Of a DNA stretch of 64,000 bases, positions 50,392 through 61,722 are shown piece by piece. Under the pieces are notes generated by a model. It did no database searches. It saw nothing but the letters and a program-made list of their open reading frames with translations, and was not told the DNA's origin. The stretch lies in assembly GCA_030390025.1 (NCBI GenBank), contig CM059432.1, positions 59,274,001-59,338,000 on the forward strand. The letters are read 5' to 3'. Source of the stretch: Squalus acanthias. Taxonomy: Eukaryota. Both the position numbers and the translations under genes were made by a program. The first letter of the stretch is position 1. Each line of letters begins with the position of its first letter.

Positions 50392-51050
50392 ATCTGAGGA
50401 GTTGCGAATGGAACTGAACACTGTGCAATCATCAGCGAACATCCCCATTTCTGACCTTATGATGGAGGGAAGATCATTGCTGAAGCAGCTGAAGATGGTT
50501 GGGTCTAGAACACTATCTGAGGAACTCCTGCAGCGATGTCCTGGGGATGAAATGATTGGCCTCCAACCACCACAACCAGCTTCCTTTGTGCTAGGTATGA
50601 CTCCAGCCAGTGGAGAGTTTCCCCCCTGATTCCCACTGACTTCAATTTTACTAGGGATCCTTGATGCCACACTCAGCCAAATGCTGCCTTGATGTCAAGG
50701 GCAGTCACTCTCACCTTACCTCTGGAATTCAGCTCTTTTGTCCATGTTTGGACTAAGGCTGTAATGAGGTCTGGAGTGGAGTGGTCCTGCCAGAACCCAA
50801 ACTGAGCATCGGTGAGCAGGTTGTTGGTAAGTAAGTGCCGCATGATAGCACTGTCAACGACACCTTCCATCACTTTGCTGATGATTGACAGTAGACTGAT
50901 GGGGCGGTAACTGGCTGGATTGGATTTGTCCTGCTTTTTGTGGACAGGACATACCTGGGCAGTTTTCCACATTGTTGGCCAATTTTGTAGCTGTACTGGA
51001 ACAGCTTGGCTAGAGGCGAGGCTAGTTCTGGAGTACGGTCTTCAGCACAT
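50392..51050 (-). mobile_element. CR1-group lineage B internal RT fragment
   Basis: WKTAQVCPVHKK, YRPISLL, LDIKAAF and MFADD motifs. Confidence 0.85.
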
Positions 51051-51314
51051 CCCAGACTCTGCGAGTGCAAATCCTACTGTGGCAAGTTGCGATACTAAAT
51101 CAGTAAACCTGCTAATTGTAGATAGCACCAGAAAAAGCGATGAAAACTGCTGGATTTCTGTAAAAGTTAAACTTGTTAACTCTTGTCTTTAACCTGCCAC
51201 CCATGCCTAGTCTGGCCTACATTTGACTTCAATCCACACTACCCCTGAACTCCCACCTTTCCATAGTTTCTCTCCCATCTCTCCCCATGCCCCATATCCT
51301 TTCTATCACAAAAC

Positions 51315-51920
51315 TTCCACATCCATAACATCACCTGCCTCCACCCCACCTTCTGCTTAAACTCTCACCCATGCTTTTGACCCCTCCAGCCTTGACTATT
51401 CCAATATTCTGTTGGCTGGCCGCCCATCATCCACCCTCTATAAACTTCAGCTCATCCAAAACTCTACTGCCCATATCCTATCCTGCATGATTCTGAGCAC
51501 CCTCAACCCTGTCCTTGCTGACCTACATTGGCTCCTTGTCCCACAATGTCACAATGACAAAAATCTCATCCTAGTGTTAAATCTCTTCATGGCTTTTCTC
51601 CTCCCTATCGATGCAAGATGCTCCATCTTACACAACCACCCCGCCAACTCTTCGTTCTTCTGACTCTGGCCTCTTGTGCATCACTCCTCCCTTTGCCTCA
51701 CCATTGGTAGCTGTTGGAATTCCCTCCCTAAATCTCTCCACCTCCCTCTCCTCCTTTAAGACCCTCAATAAAACCCACCTCTTTGACTAAGCGTTTGGTT
51801 AACCTTCCCAAAAGCTCCTTCGTTGGCTCACCGTTCACTTTTGTCTGATTATGCCTCTATGTTGGGAGGTTTTGCAACTTTACCGGTGCTTGTATAAATG
51901 CAAGTTGTTGCTATTGATGA
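51315..51920 (+). mobile_element. L2 3' portion
   Basis: LQLIQNSTAHIL...PVLADLHWL and tail TATAAATGCAAGTTGTTG. Confidence 0.8.
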
Positions 51921-52929
51921 TGTTGACCGCCAGTGGTCTTTTATGCTCCCTCTTAGCCTTCCTTCCTCTAATTCTGCTTCCTTTCTATGCCATTGATAAT
52001 TCTCAGTTTTCTTTTAGATTATTACCCCTACATTTATCAAATGTCACTTTAATAAAAAATCTTATTTCTGCTCTACCTTCTCTATTTATTCATGGAAACC
52101 CTGACTTTGATGTAGCCCCTTCATTCCTAGTGGGAATACATTTAACCCATGTCCGTTATCCATCTCTTATTTAAATATCTTCCACTGCTGGTTCACTGTT
52201 AGATCTGTCATTTTTTTTCCTGACTAGTTAAACTGGGCTAGGTCCCCTTTCATGCTACTGAAGTTAAGCTCATTTGCAGTCCAATACTTTTATTTGAACT
52301 TCTCTTTATCTATTTTTAATGTAAACCTAATTAGGTAATGTTCGTTATTTCCCAAGTGTTCGCATTCAGGCTTCTCCTGCTTGGTCAGCCAGAACTAGAT
52401 CTAGCACGGAATCTTTCCCTGTTGAACCTACTGCACACTGCTTAAAGATGCATGCCTGAATGCATTCCAAGGACTTCTCTTAATTTTGACCACAGACTTT
52501 AGTCTTTTCTCTAATTGCCATCGAGAAGGTGGTGGTGAGCTGTCTTCTTGAATCGTTGCAGTCCGTGTGGTAAAGGTACTCCCACAGTGCTGTTAGGGAG
52601 GGAGTTCCAAGATTTTGACCCAGCGACGATGAAGGAACGGCGATATATTTCCAAGACAGGATGGTGTGTGACTTGGAGGGGAACTTGGAGGTGGCGGTGT
52701 TCCCATGTGCCTGCTGCCCTTGTCCTTCTAGCTGGTAGAGGTCGTGGGTTTAGAAGGTGCTATCGAAGAAGCCTTGGCGAGTTGTTGCAGTGCATCTTGT
52801 AGATGGTGCACACTGCAGCCACGGTGCGCCGGTGGTGGAGGGAGTGAATGTTTATGGTGGTGGATGGGGTGCCAATCAAGCGGGCTGCTTGGTGTTGAGG
52901 TTCTTGAGTATTGTTGGAGCTGCACTCAT

Positions 52930-55110
52930 TCGACGAGAACAACCAGGAGATCCACGAGCGAATAAGCCGCAAGCGCAAGGCATTCCTGATCTGGAAACAG
53001 CAACAGAACTCGAGAGCAAGAAAGCAGCTCTACAGACGCGCGACCTAAAGAACAGATGGTGGGTGGAGAAAGCGCAGGAGATCCAGCAGCTAGCCGACAA
53101 CCACGACGTGCGTGGATTCTTAAAACGCAGTCAAGACCACCTACGGCCCAAGCACCCAAGGCCCTACCCCACTGCGGGCCAAGAACGGAGAGGTACTCAT
53201 CAAGGACAGAGAGGCAGTCAGTGCCCGCTGGAAGGAGCACTTCGAAGATCTCCTTAACCGAGACTCTGTCTTCGACGCGAGTGTCCTCAACTCCATTCCG
53301 CAGCATGCTACCCACCACCACCTCAGCACAACCCCAGCCCGACATGAGGTTGAAAAGGCCATCTGACAACTGAAGAACAACAAGGCCTCAGGAGCAGATG
53401 GAATCCCCGCCGAGGCACTAAAGCATGGCGGAGAAGCACTACTGGCACGAATTCATGAACTAATTTCTCTTATCTGGAAGGAGGAGAGCATGCCAGGGGA
53501 TCTGAGAGACGCCGTAATTGTGACCATCTTCAAGAAAAGTGACAAGTCCGATTGTGGTAATTACAGAGGAGTTTCCCTGCTGTCTGCCACAGGGAAAGTC
53601 ATCGCAAGAATCCTCCTCAATCACCTTCTCCCAGTGGCCGAAGAGCTCCTCCCAGAGTCGCAATGCAGATTCCGCCCACTAAGGGGCACAATGGACATGA
53701 TCTTCACCGCACGTCAATTACAAGAGAAATGCAGGGAACAGCACCAACCGCTGTACATGGCCTTCTTTGATCGCACAAAGGCCTTCGACACTGTCAACCG
53801 TGAGGAATTATGGAGTGTCCTCCTCAAATTCGGCTGCCCTCAAAAGTTTGTCACGATCCTCTGCCTGCTTCACGACGACATGCAAGCCGTGATTCTGACC
53901 AACGGTTCCACCACAGACCCAATTCACGTACGAACCAGGGTCAAGCAAGGCTGTGTCACTGCACCAACGCTCTTCTCGATCTTCCTTGCTGCAATGCTCC
54001 ATCTCACCCTCAGTAAGCTCCCCACTGGAGTGGAGCTAATTTACAGAACAAACGGGAAACTGTTCAACCTCCGTCGCCTCTAGTCCAGATCCAAGGTCGT
54101 CCCATCCTCTGTCGTCGAATTACAGTATGCAGACGACGCTTGCGTCTGCGCTCACTCGGAGGTCGAACTCCAAACCATCGTCAACACCTTCACCGAAGCG
54201 TACGAGAGCATGGGCTTTACGTAAGACAAAGGTCCTCTACCAACCTGCCCCCGCCACACAGTACTGCCCCCTGATTATCAAAATCCACGACAAGGCCTTG
54301 GACAACGTGGACCACTTTCCATACCTCGGGAGCCTACTGTCAACAAGGGCAGACGTCGATGACGAAGTTCAACACCGCCTTCAGTGTGCCAGTGCAGCCT
54401 TCGGTCGCCTGAGGAAGAGAGTGTTTGAAGACCAGGACCTCAAACCCGGCACTATGCTCATGGTCTACAGAGCAGCAGTGATACCCGCCCTGCTGTATGC
54501 CAGAGACATGGACCATGTACAGCAGGCACCTCAAAGCACTGGAGAGGTACCACCAATGCTGCCTCCGCAAGATCCTGCAAATCCATTGGCAGGATAGGCG
54601 CACCAACGTCAGTGTTCTTGCTCAGGCCAACATCCCCAGCATCGAAGCTTTGACCACGCTCGATCAGCTCCGATGGACGGGTCACATTGTCCGCATGCCC
54701 GATACGAGACTCCCAAAACAAGCGCTCTACTCAGAGCTCCGGCACGGCAAGAGAGCCCCAGGTGGGCAGAGGAAACGCTTCAAGGACACCCTCAAAGCCT
54801 CCTTGAAAAAGTGTAACATCCCCACCAACACCTGGGAATCCCTGGCCCAAGACCACACAAAGTGGAGGAGAAGCATCCGGGAAGGCGCCGAACACCTCGA
54901 GTCTCTTCGCCGGGAGCAAGCGGAAGCCAAGCGCAGGCAGCGCAAGGAGCGCACGTCAACCCAAGCACCCCGCCCACCCGCCCCTTCAACCACCGTCTGC
55001 CCCACCTGTGACAGAGACTGTAGGTCCCGCATTGGACTCATCAGTCACCTGCGAACTCATTTTTAATGTGGAAGCAAGTCATCCTCGGTTCCGAGGGACT
55101 GCCTAAGAAG
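52930..55110 (+). mobile_element. RTE-clade LINE, 5'-truncated, few disruptions
   Basis: TSD ACTCAT (52924-52929, 55111-55116); NYRGVSLL, VKQGC, YADD (54126-54137), QLRWTGHIVRM and C-terminal CPTC...HLRTH zinc finger; short 3' UTR with hairpin and TAAGAAG end. Confidence 0.92.
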
Positions 55111-56654
55111 ACTCATCCAGGCAAGTGGAGAGTATTTCATCACATTCTTGACTTGTGCCTTGTAAATGGTGGAAAGATTTGGGGGAGTCAGGGGGTGAGA
55201 CACTTGCCACAGAATACCCAGCTTCTGACCTGCTCTTGTAGCCACAGTAATTATGTGGCTGGTCCAGTTAAATTTCTGGTCAATGGTGACCCCCCCAGGA
55301 TGTTGATGGTGGAGGATTCGGTGAAGGTCATGCCATTGAATGTCAAAGGGCAGTGTTTAGACACTTTCTTGTTGGAGATAGTCATTGCCTGGCACTTATG
55401 TTACTTACCACATAGCAGTCCAAGCCTGAATGTCGTCCAGGTCTGAATGGTACTGAACACTGTGCAATCATCAGCGAACATCCCCATTTCTGACCTTATG
55501 ATGGAGGGAAGATCATTGCTGAAGATGGTTGGGCCTAGGAACCTGCCCTGAGGAACTCCTGCAGCGATGTCCTGGGGATGAAATGATTGGCCTCCAACCA
55601 CCACAACCAGCTTCCTTTGTGCTAGGTATGACTCCAGCCAATGGAGAGTTTTCCCCCTGATTCCCATGGACTCCTCGATACCATACTCGGTCAAATGCTG
55701 CCTTGATGTCAAGGGCAGTCACTCTCACCTTACAGCTCTTTTGTCCATGTTTGGACTAAGGCTGTAATGTGGCAGAACCTAAACTGAGCATCAGTGAGCA
55801 GGTTGTTGGTGAGTAAGTGCCGCTTGATAGCACTGTCAACGACACCTTCCATCACTTTGCTGATGATTGACAGTAGACTGATGGGGTAGTAATTGGCCGG
55901 ATTGGATTTGTCCTGCTTTTTGTGGACAGGACATACCTGGCCAGTTTTCCACATTGTTGGCCAATTTTGCAGCTGTACTGGAACAGCTTGACTAGAAGCG
56001 AGGCTAGTTCAGGAGCACAGGTCTTCAGCACAACAGCCAGGATGTTGTTGGGGCCCACAGTCTTTGCTGTATCCAGTGCACTCAGCCGTTTCTTGATATC
56101 ATGTGGAGTGAATCAAATTGGCTGAAGACTGGCTTCTGTGATGGTGGGGACCTCAAGAGAAGGCCGAGATGGATCATCCACTCGGCACTTCTGGCTGAAG
56201 ATGGTTGCAAACGATTCAGCCTTGGCTTTTGCACTCATGTGTTGGGATCCGCCATCATTGAGGATGGGGATATTAATGGAGCCTCCTCCTCCCATTAATT
56301 GTCCACCACCATTTATGACTGGATGTGGCAGGATTGCAGTCCTTTGATCTGATCCGTTAGTTGTGGGATCGCTTAACTCTATAGCATGCTGTTTCCGCTG
56401 TTTAGCATGTATGTAGTCCTGTGCTGTAACTTCACCAGGTTGGCACTTCATTTTTAGGTACCCCGGTGTTGCTCCTGGCATGCTCTTCTACACTGCTCAT
56501 TGAACCAGAGTTGGTCCCCTGGCTTGATGGTAATGGTAGAGTGAGGGATATGCCGGGCCATGAGGTTACAGATTGTGGTGAAATATAATTCTGCTGCTGC
56601 TGATGGCCCACAGCGCCTCATGGATGCCCAGTTTTGAGCTGCTGGATCTGTTCT

Positions 56655-57668
56655 GAACATAGGAACAGGAGTAGACCATTCAGCCCCTTGAGCCTGTTCC
56701 GTCATTTAATGAGGTCATGGCTGATATGCGACCTATTTTCATATATCCGCCTTTGGCCCATATCCCTTAATACTTTTGGTTAACAAAAAGTTTTCAATCT
56801 CCGATTTAAAATTAACAATTGATCTAGCATCAATTGCAGTTTGTGGAAGAGAGTTCTAAACTTCTACCACCATGTGTAGAAGTGTTTCCTAATTTCACTC
56901 CTGAAAGGTCTGGTTCTAAGTTTTAGACTATACCTCCCTATAGTCCTAGAATCCCCAACCAGCGGAAATTGTTTCTCCCTATCTACCCGATCAGTTCCCC
57001 TGAATATCCTGAAAACTTTGATCAGATCACCCCTTAACCTTCTAAATTCTAGGGAATACAACCCTAATTTGTGTAATCTCACTTCGTAATTTAACCCTTG
57101 AAGTGCAAGTATCATTCTGGTAAACCTACGGTGCACTCTCTCCAAGGCCAATATATCCTTAGTAAGGTGTGGTGCCCAGAACTGCTCACATTACTCAAGG
57201 AGTGGTCTAACCAGGGTTTTGTATAGCTGTAGCATAACTTCTACCCCCTTGTACTCTAGTCCTTTAGATATAAAGGCCAGCATTCTTTTTGATTATTTTC
57301 TGTACCTGTTCATAACATTTTAATGATCTATGTACCTGGACCCCCAAGTCTCTTCGGACATCCACTGTTTTTAGCTTTTCATCATTTAGAAAGTACCCTG
57401 TTCTATCCTTTTTAGGTCCAAAGTGGATGACCTCACATTTGCTTACATTGAATTCCATTTGCCACAGTTTGCCAATTCACTTAATCTGTCGATATCCCAT
57501 TGTAATTTTATGCTTTCATCTACACTGCCTACAATGCCGCCTATCTTTGTGTCATCGGCAAATCTGGATATATGACTTTCTATGCCATCACCTAAGTCAT
57601 TAATAAATATTGTGAATAGTTGAGGCCCCAACACAGATCCCTGCGGGACACCACTAGTCACCTCCTGC
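56655..57668 (-). mobile_element. CR1, 5'-truncated, nested in the lineage B copy
   Basis: [14 protein letters not shown] and RRLRGDLI in ORFs 56864..57766, with a CR1 3' tail. Confidence 0.9.
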
Positions 57669-58274
57669 TGATCATTTAGCACGGTGGTAGTGCCACACAA
57701 CACAATGGAGGATGCCCTCAGTGGAAGATGGGTGTATCTGTACTTACCTTTGTGATAAGAAAGCATGGAATGAGAAATAGCTATTCAATCATACTCCTTC
57801 TATAGACTATGTACAATCTGCCCTACATTGAACTCTATCCCACCCATTTAGTATCCTTATGACGGAAACAAAAGTCTGTCCTATTTCAAGTGATAAAATT
57901 TCTGTGATATTGATTCATTAAATTGTAGCAATGCAAGGGCTCTGGGCTTTTTAAAATGCAAGACAGTGTTGCTGCTGCTTCTGTCTTCTTTTCTTTTGTC
58001 TTCTGTCAGAGAAGTCTCACAGAATTATCAGATGGATGTGTCAAATGGCGATCCCATGGAAGGGCTTTAATGCCTGGAAAGCTGTTGAAGTCTCAAATTA
58101 ACAACTGTGACCTGAAAATCTTTTTTGCCTTAAAGGGTTTGCAATCTCTGCTCACCTTTGGTTCACTGAATTCATAATATTAGGTAAGATAGAACTCGAG
58201 TGCTAATGCACGCACTTACGTAAAGAGCTCAGGTTAATGTACTCTGAAAAGAGACTACAGTATTTTGGTATCAG

Positions 58275-58785
58275 GAAATCTACTGCTGAAACCCTCATCC
58301 ATCCTTTTGTCACCTACAGACTCAACTATTTGAATACTTCCCTGGCCAGCCTCCCATCCTCCACCCTCCATAAAACTTCATCTTATCCAAAACTCACCCT
58401 TATGCTCGCTGACCTACATTAGCTCCTGGCCCCCCAATGCCTTGTGTTTATCTCCCTTCAAGGCCTTGGCCCTCCCTATCTCTTTAACTTTCTAAATCCT
58501 TAAAACCCTCTGAGAATTTTCCTCCAACTCTGGCTTCTTGTGCCCCCCAAATCCTTTGCCCCACCATTGGCAGCCAATCTTTCAGTCATCTAGGCCCTAC
58601 ATTCTGGGATTCCGTCTTTAAACCTCTTCTTCTTGAAGACCCACCTTTTGACCAAGCTTTTAGTCAATCTTCCTAATATCGCCTTCTTTGGCTCAAAGTC
58701 CATTATTGTCTGATTACACTTCTGTGCAGCAACTTGGGATATTTTTCTATATTAAAGCTGCTCTATAAATGCAGGCTGTTGCTGC
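58275..58785 (+). mobile_element. L2 3' portion
   Basis: AETLIHPFVTYRLNY...LADLH and tail ATAAATGCAGGCTGTTG. Confidence 0.78.
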
Positions 58786-61089
58786 ACTGCAGCGTTACCT
58801 GCTGAGTTAATTTGCTTCTGTATATATTATTTTCTTGTTATAAACAATTCATAGCCTGAAACATATGGTCCATCAGCATATTGGTTTTCTGTCTCCTGGA
58901 AGACTAGGAACATGGAATGGGCAAACCGTACTATTTCCAATGGCAAAATTAAAAGAGAAAAAGGAAAATGAATAAAACCAATGTCAAATTTCCACAACTT
59001 CACTTCTCAACTCATCACCAGCGTCATAAGAACCACCATAAATAAAGTTTTTAAAAATTAAGGGAGGGGATTAAGCTATTAATTTGGTTTTTTAAATCTT
59101 AATAAATGCATTTACATGTCATTCAGTTTATCATTCAAATGTGATTCACTTCAAGTTTGACTGGTATTGTTGCTACCATCAATAGTATGCATGCACACAA
59201 TAAACCTGTACTGGCAGTAGGACCTACACAATGGACGTGTACTGGCAGAACGACCTATACAGTAGGCACGTACTGTGATGCAACTGTTATCAAATAGCTT
59301 GTTGACACTCACCATCAAGACTCACACATGAATAATGGTCACTTGGCTGAGTCACAAAAGGGTGACCAGGCTCTGAGGAATCATGCTGAAGCAAAGAGCC
59401 TTCAGAAGAGGAGGGAGTAGAGAAAGTTGGTGAAAAACAGACTTTAAAAATCTAAAAACGAACCCATTCTATACTAATGTTATTTTATGTTACTGGGAAT
59501 AATTTCACAAAAAAATCAGAATAAAACGAATCTTTGATTTAGATTACAAAGGGGTAGTTTTACAAAATGGTACTCCCAGTACACAAGGCACGTGTTCAAA
59601 TTTATAATATGCAATTCTAGCCAGCAAAGCTCTCCACCAACAATACTAATACAGAAAATTACCCCTACAGGGAATTCTGGACATTACGGAAGGAAAATCA
59701 TAAAAACACGTGTCTGAATGATCGATATGTACCCCCAGAAGGCAAGGCATGGTACTAGCAGCGTATTTATGTAAAATTACCTTTTATATGTATATCACGA
59801 TATTATTATAGACGGGAGTGTATCTTTATTTAAGCATAAGACACAATAATGGTAACTTCTGATTTTAGATTGCCCACTGCAGCCTCGAGGAGATTGTGTA
59901 TCCTGTTTGACTTTTACTTGGTTGTATTTTCTTTTAAGATCAATCTTAATCTGAAAACACAAGCTTTGAAAAATTGGTTACGTGGAATCATTGCTTCAGC
60001 GCCAATTGGAGAGATTTTCAATTTATATGCAATTGGAATTGTACCACAAGAAATCTGTTGTCTGGGTGCTTATTTTGTGAGAAACAGTCCATCATCTTTC
60101 TCACAGACTTAAAGCCTTGTTTATACTTACACGTTTAACCCATACATACTTGGTAGGTCTATTTGTTAAACTTTTTCTAATTTTAGTATATCTTACTTTC
60201 CTTTTTCCTCCTGGCTTCCATTTTGGTTTGGGAGTAACTTTAAAAAATAAAACCTGGGTTTTCATTAACTGGAGGATTAGACACAAGTCAAAGAACTGCA
60301 GGAGACCCACATCATCACCAAAATACAAGCCTGGAAAAATAGGCTGGAACATCAGGTTTCCCATCATTTATTGTCATGCACTTTCTCTACAAACCAAAAG
60401 GTCTTCGAAAACAATAGACTTTTAAATAAATATTGAAATTGTTCTGTGGCCAACCAGAAGGTCCATCTTACTCAGCTTAATGCCAATCATTTACATTTAG
60501 CTGCTGAGCATAGCAGACATATAGTTGTCCAACTATGGCACATATTTTACAATAGGGATGAATATCCTGACCCTTGTCCTCAGAGAATGCTCAGTTCTCT
60601 TGTCACAAAGGTCTGAAAAAAAAGGGCAGAGACCTGATCACAGAATCTCCACCTTCTTACATTGCCTTGGCATTTCTGGGGCTATCCTAGGAGGCTGAGC
60701 ATGACCTTCAAGCAACACAAATGCATTTAAATGAGGCGGGAGGGAACATTACCAGACTTCAGGCTCATTATAATTAGTACTCTAATAAAGACGAAGCTGT
60801 GTCCCATCCCCAAAACCCCCACTAACCCACAGGGGTCCCGAGTAGGGTTGGAGGCATTTCTGAAGGTTTGATCATGTGACATCTGACCACATGACATCTA
60901 CAAATGTTATTGCATTTACCTTATAAATGTTGGGTCCCCTGTAGTTGAGAATCTTTACTCGTGGTTTCGCACCAGCACCTGCGGTACGAGAAGTTCAAGA
61001 ACCAGGAGACCACCTGTGAGCAGGCGAAGAGGGGAGCCCAAGGGCGGGAACGAGGGGAGCCTGAGGGGCGCCCGAGGTTGGGAACGATT

Positions 61090-61520
61090 CCCATTCCCCA
61101 GTCTCCATCTCTCCCCGAGCCCCCATTCCCCAGTCTCCCCGAGCCCCCATTCCCCAGTCTCCCCGAGCCCCCATTCCCCAGTCTCCCCCTCTCCCGAGCC
61201 CCCATTCCCCAGTCTCCCCCTCTCCCGAGCCCCCATTCCCCCCCTCTCCCAGAGGCCCCATTCCCCATCTCTCCCCGAGGCCCCATTCCCCAGTCTCCAT
61301 CTCTCCCCGAGCCCCCATTCCCCAGTCTCCATCTCTCCCCGAGCCCCCAATCCCAGTCTCCCCCTCTCCCTGAGCCCCCATTCCCCAGTCTCCCCCTCTC
61401 TGAGCCCCCATTCCCCAGTATCCATCTCTCCCCGAGCCCTCATTCCCCAGTCTCCCCCCTCTCCCTGAGCCCCAATTCCAGTCTCCCTCTTTACCCCCAA
61501 CTCTCAAGCATCCCCCCATT
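61090..61520. repeat. C-rich/G-rich minisatellite, 23-31-bp units
   Basis: Repeats of CCCCATTCCCCAGTCTCC(ATCTCTCC/CCCTCT)CCGAG. Confidence 0.95.
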
Positions 61521-61559
61521 TCAGGGCCCCTCCACCACCACCCTAACAATTCCTTAGCA

Positions 61560-61722
61560 CCCCCCAAAAGCTTAGTCAAAAAGATAGGTCTGAAGGAACG
61601 TCGTAAAGGAGCAGAGAGAAGCGGAGAGGTTTAGGGAAGGAATGCAGACCTTAGGGCCTAGGCAGTTGAAGGCTCAGCCACCGATGGTGGAGCAAAGAAA
61701 ATCGGGGATACACAAGAGGCCA
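61560..61722 (-). mobile_element. L2 3' fragment
   Basis: Matches the reverse complement of the 33600-33760 L2 segment. Confidence 0.65.

Larger units (their letters stand above)
52510..57735 (-). mobile_element. Long CR1-group lineage B copy split by RTE and CR1 insertions
   Basis: Collinear segments 52510-52929, 55111-56657 and ~57670-57735; RT motifs in ORFs 55401..55954. Confidence 0.85.

Noticed and set aside
60921..61579. Long Pro-rich and Gly-rich ORFs in several frames (collagen- or extensin-like)
   Set aside because: They are translations of a stop-free minisatellite that is open on both strands.
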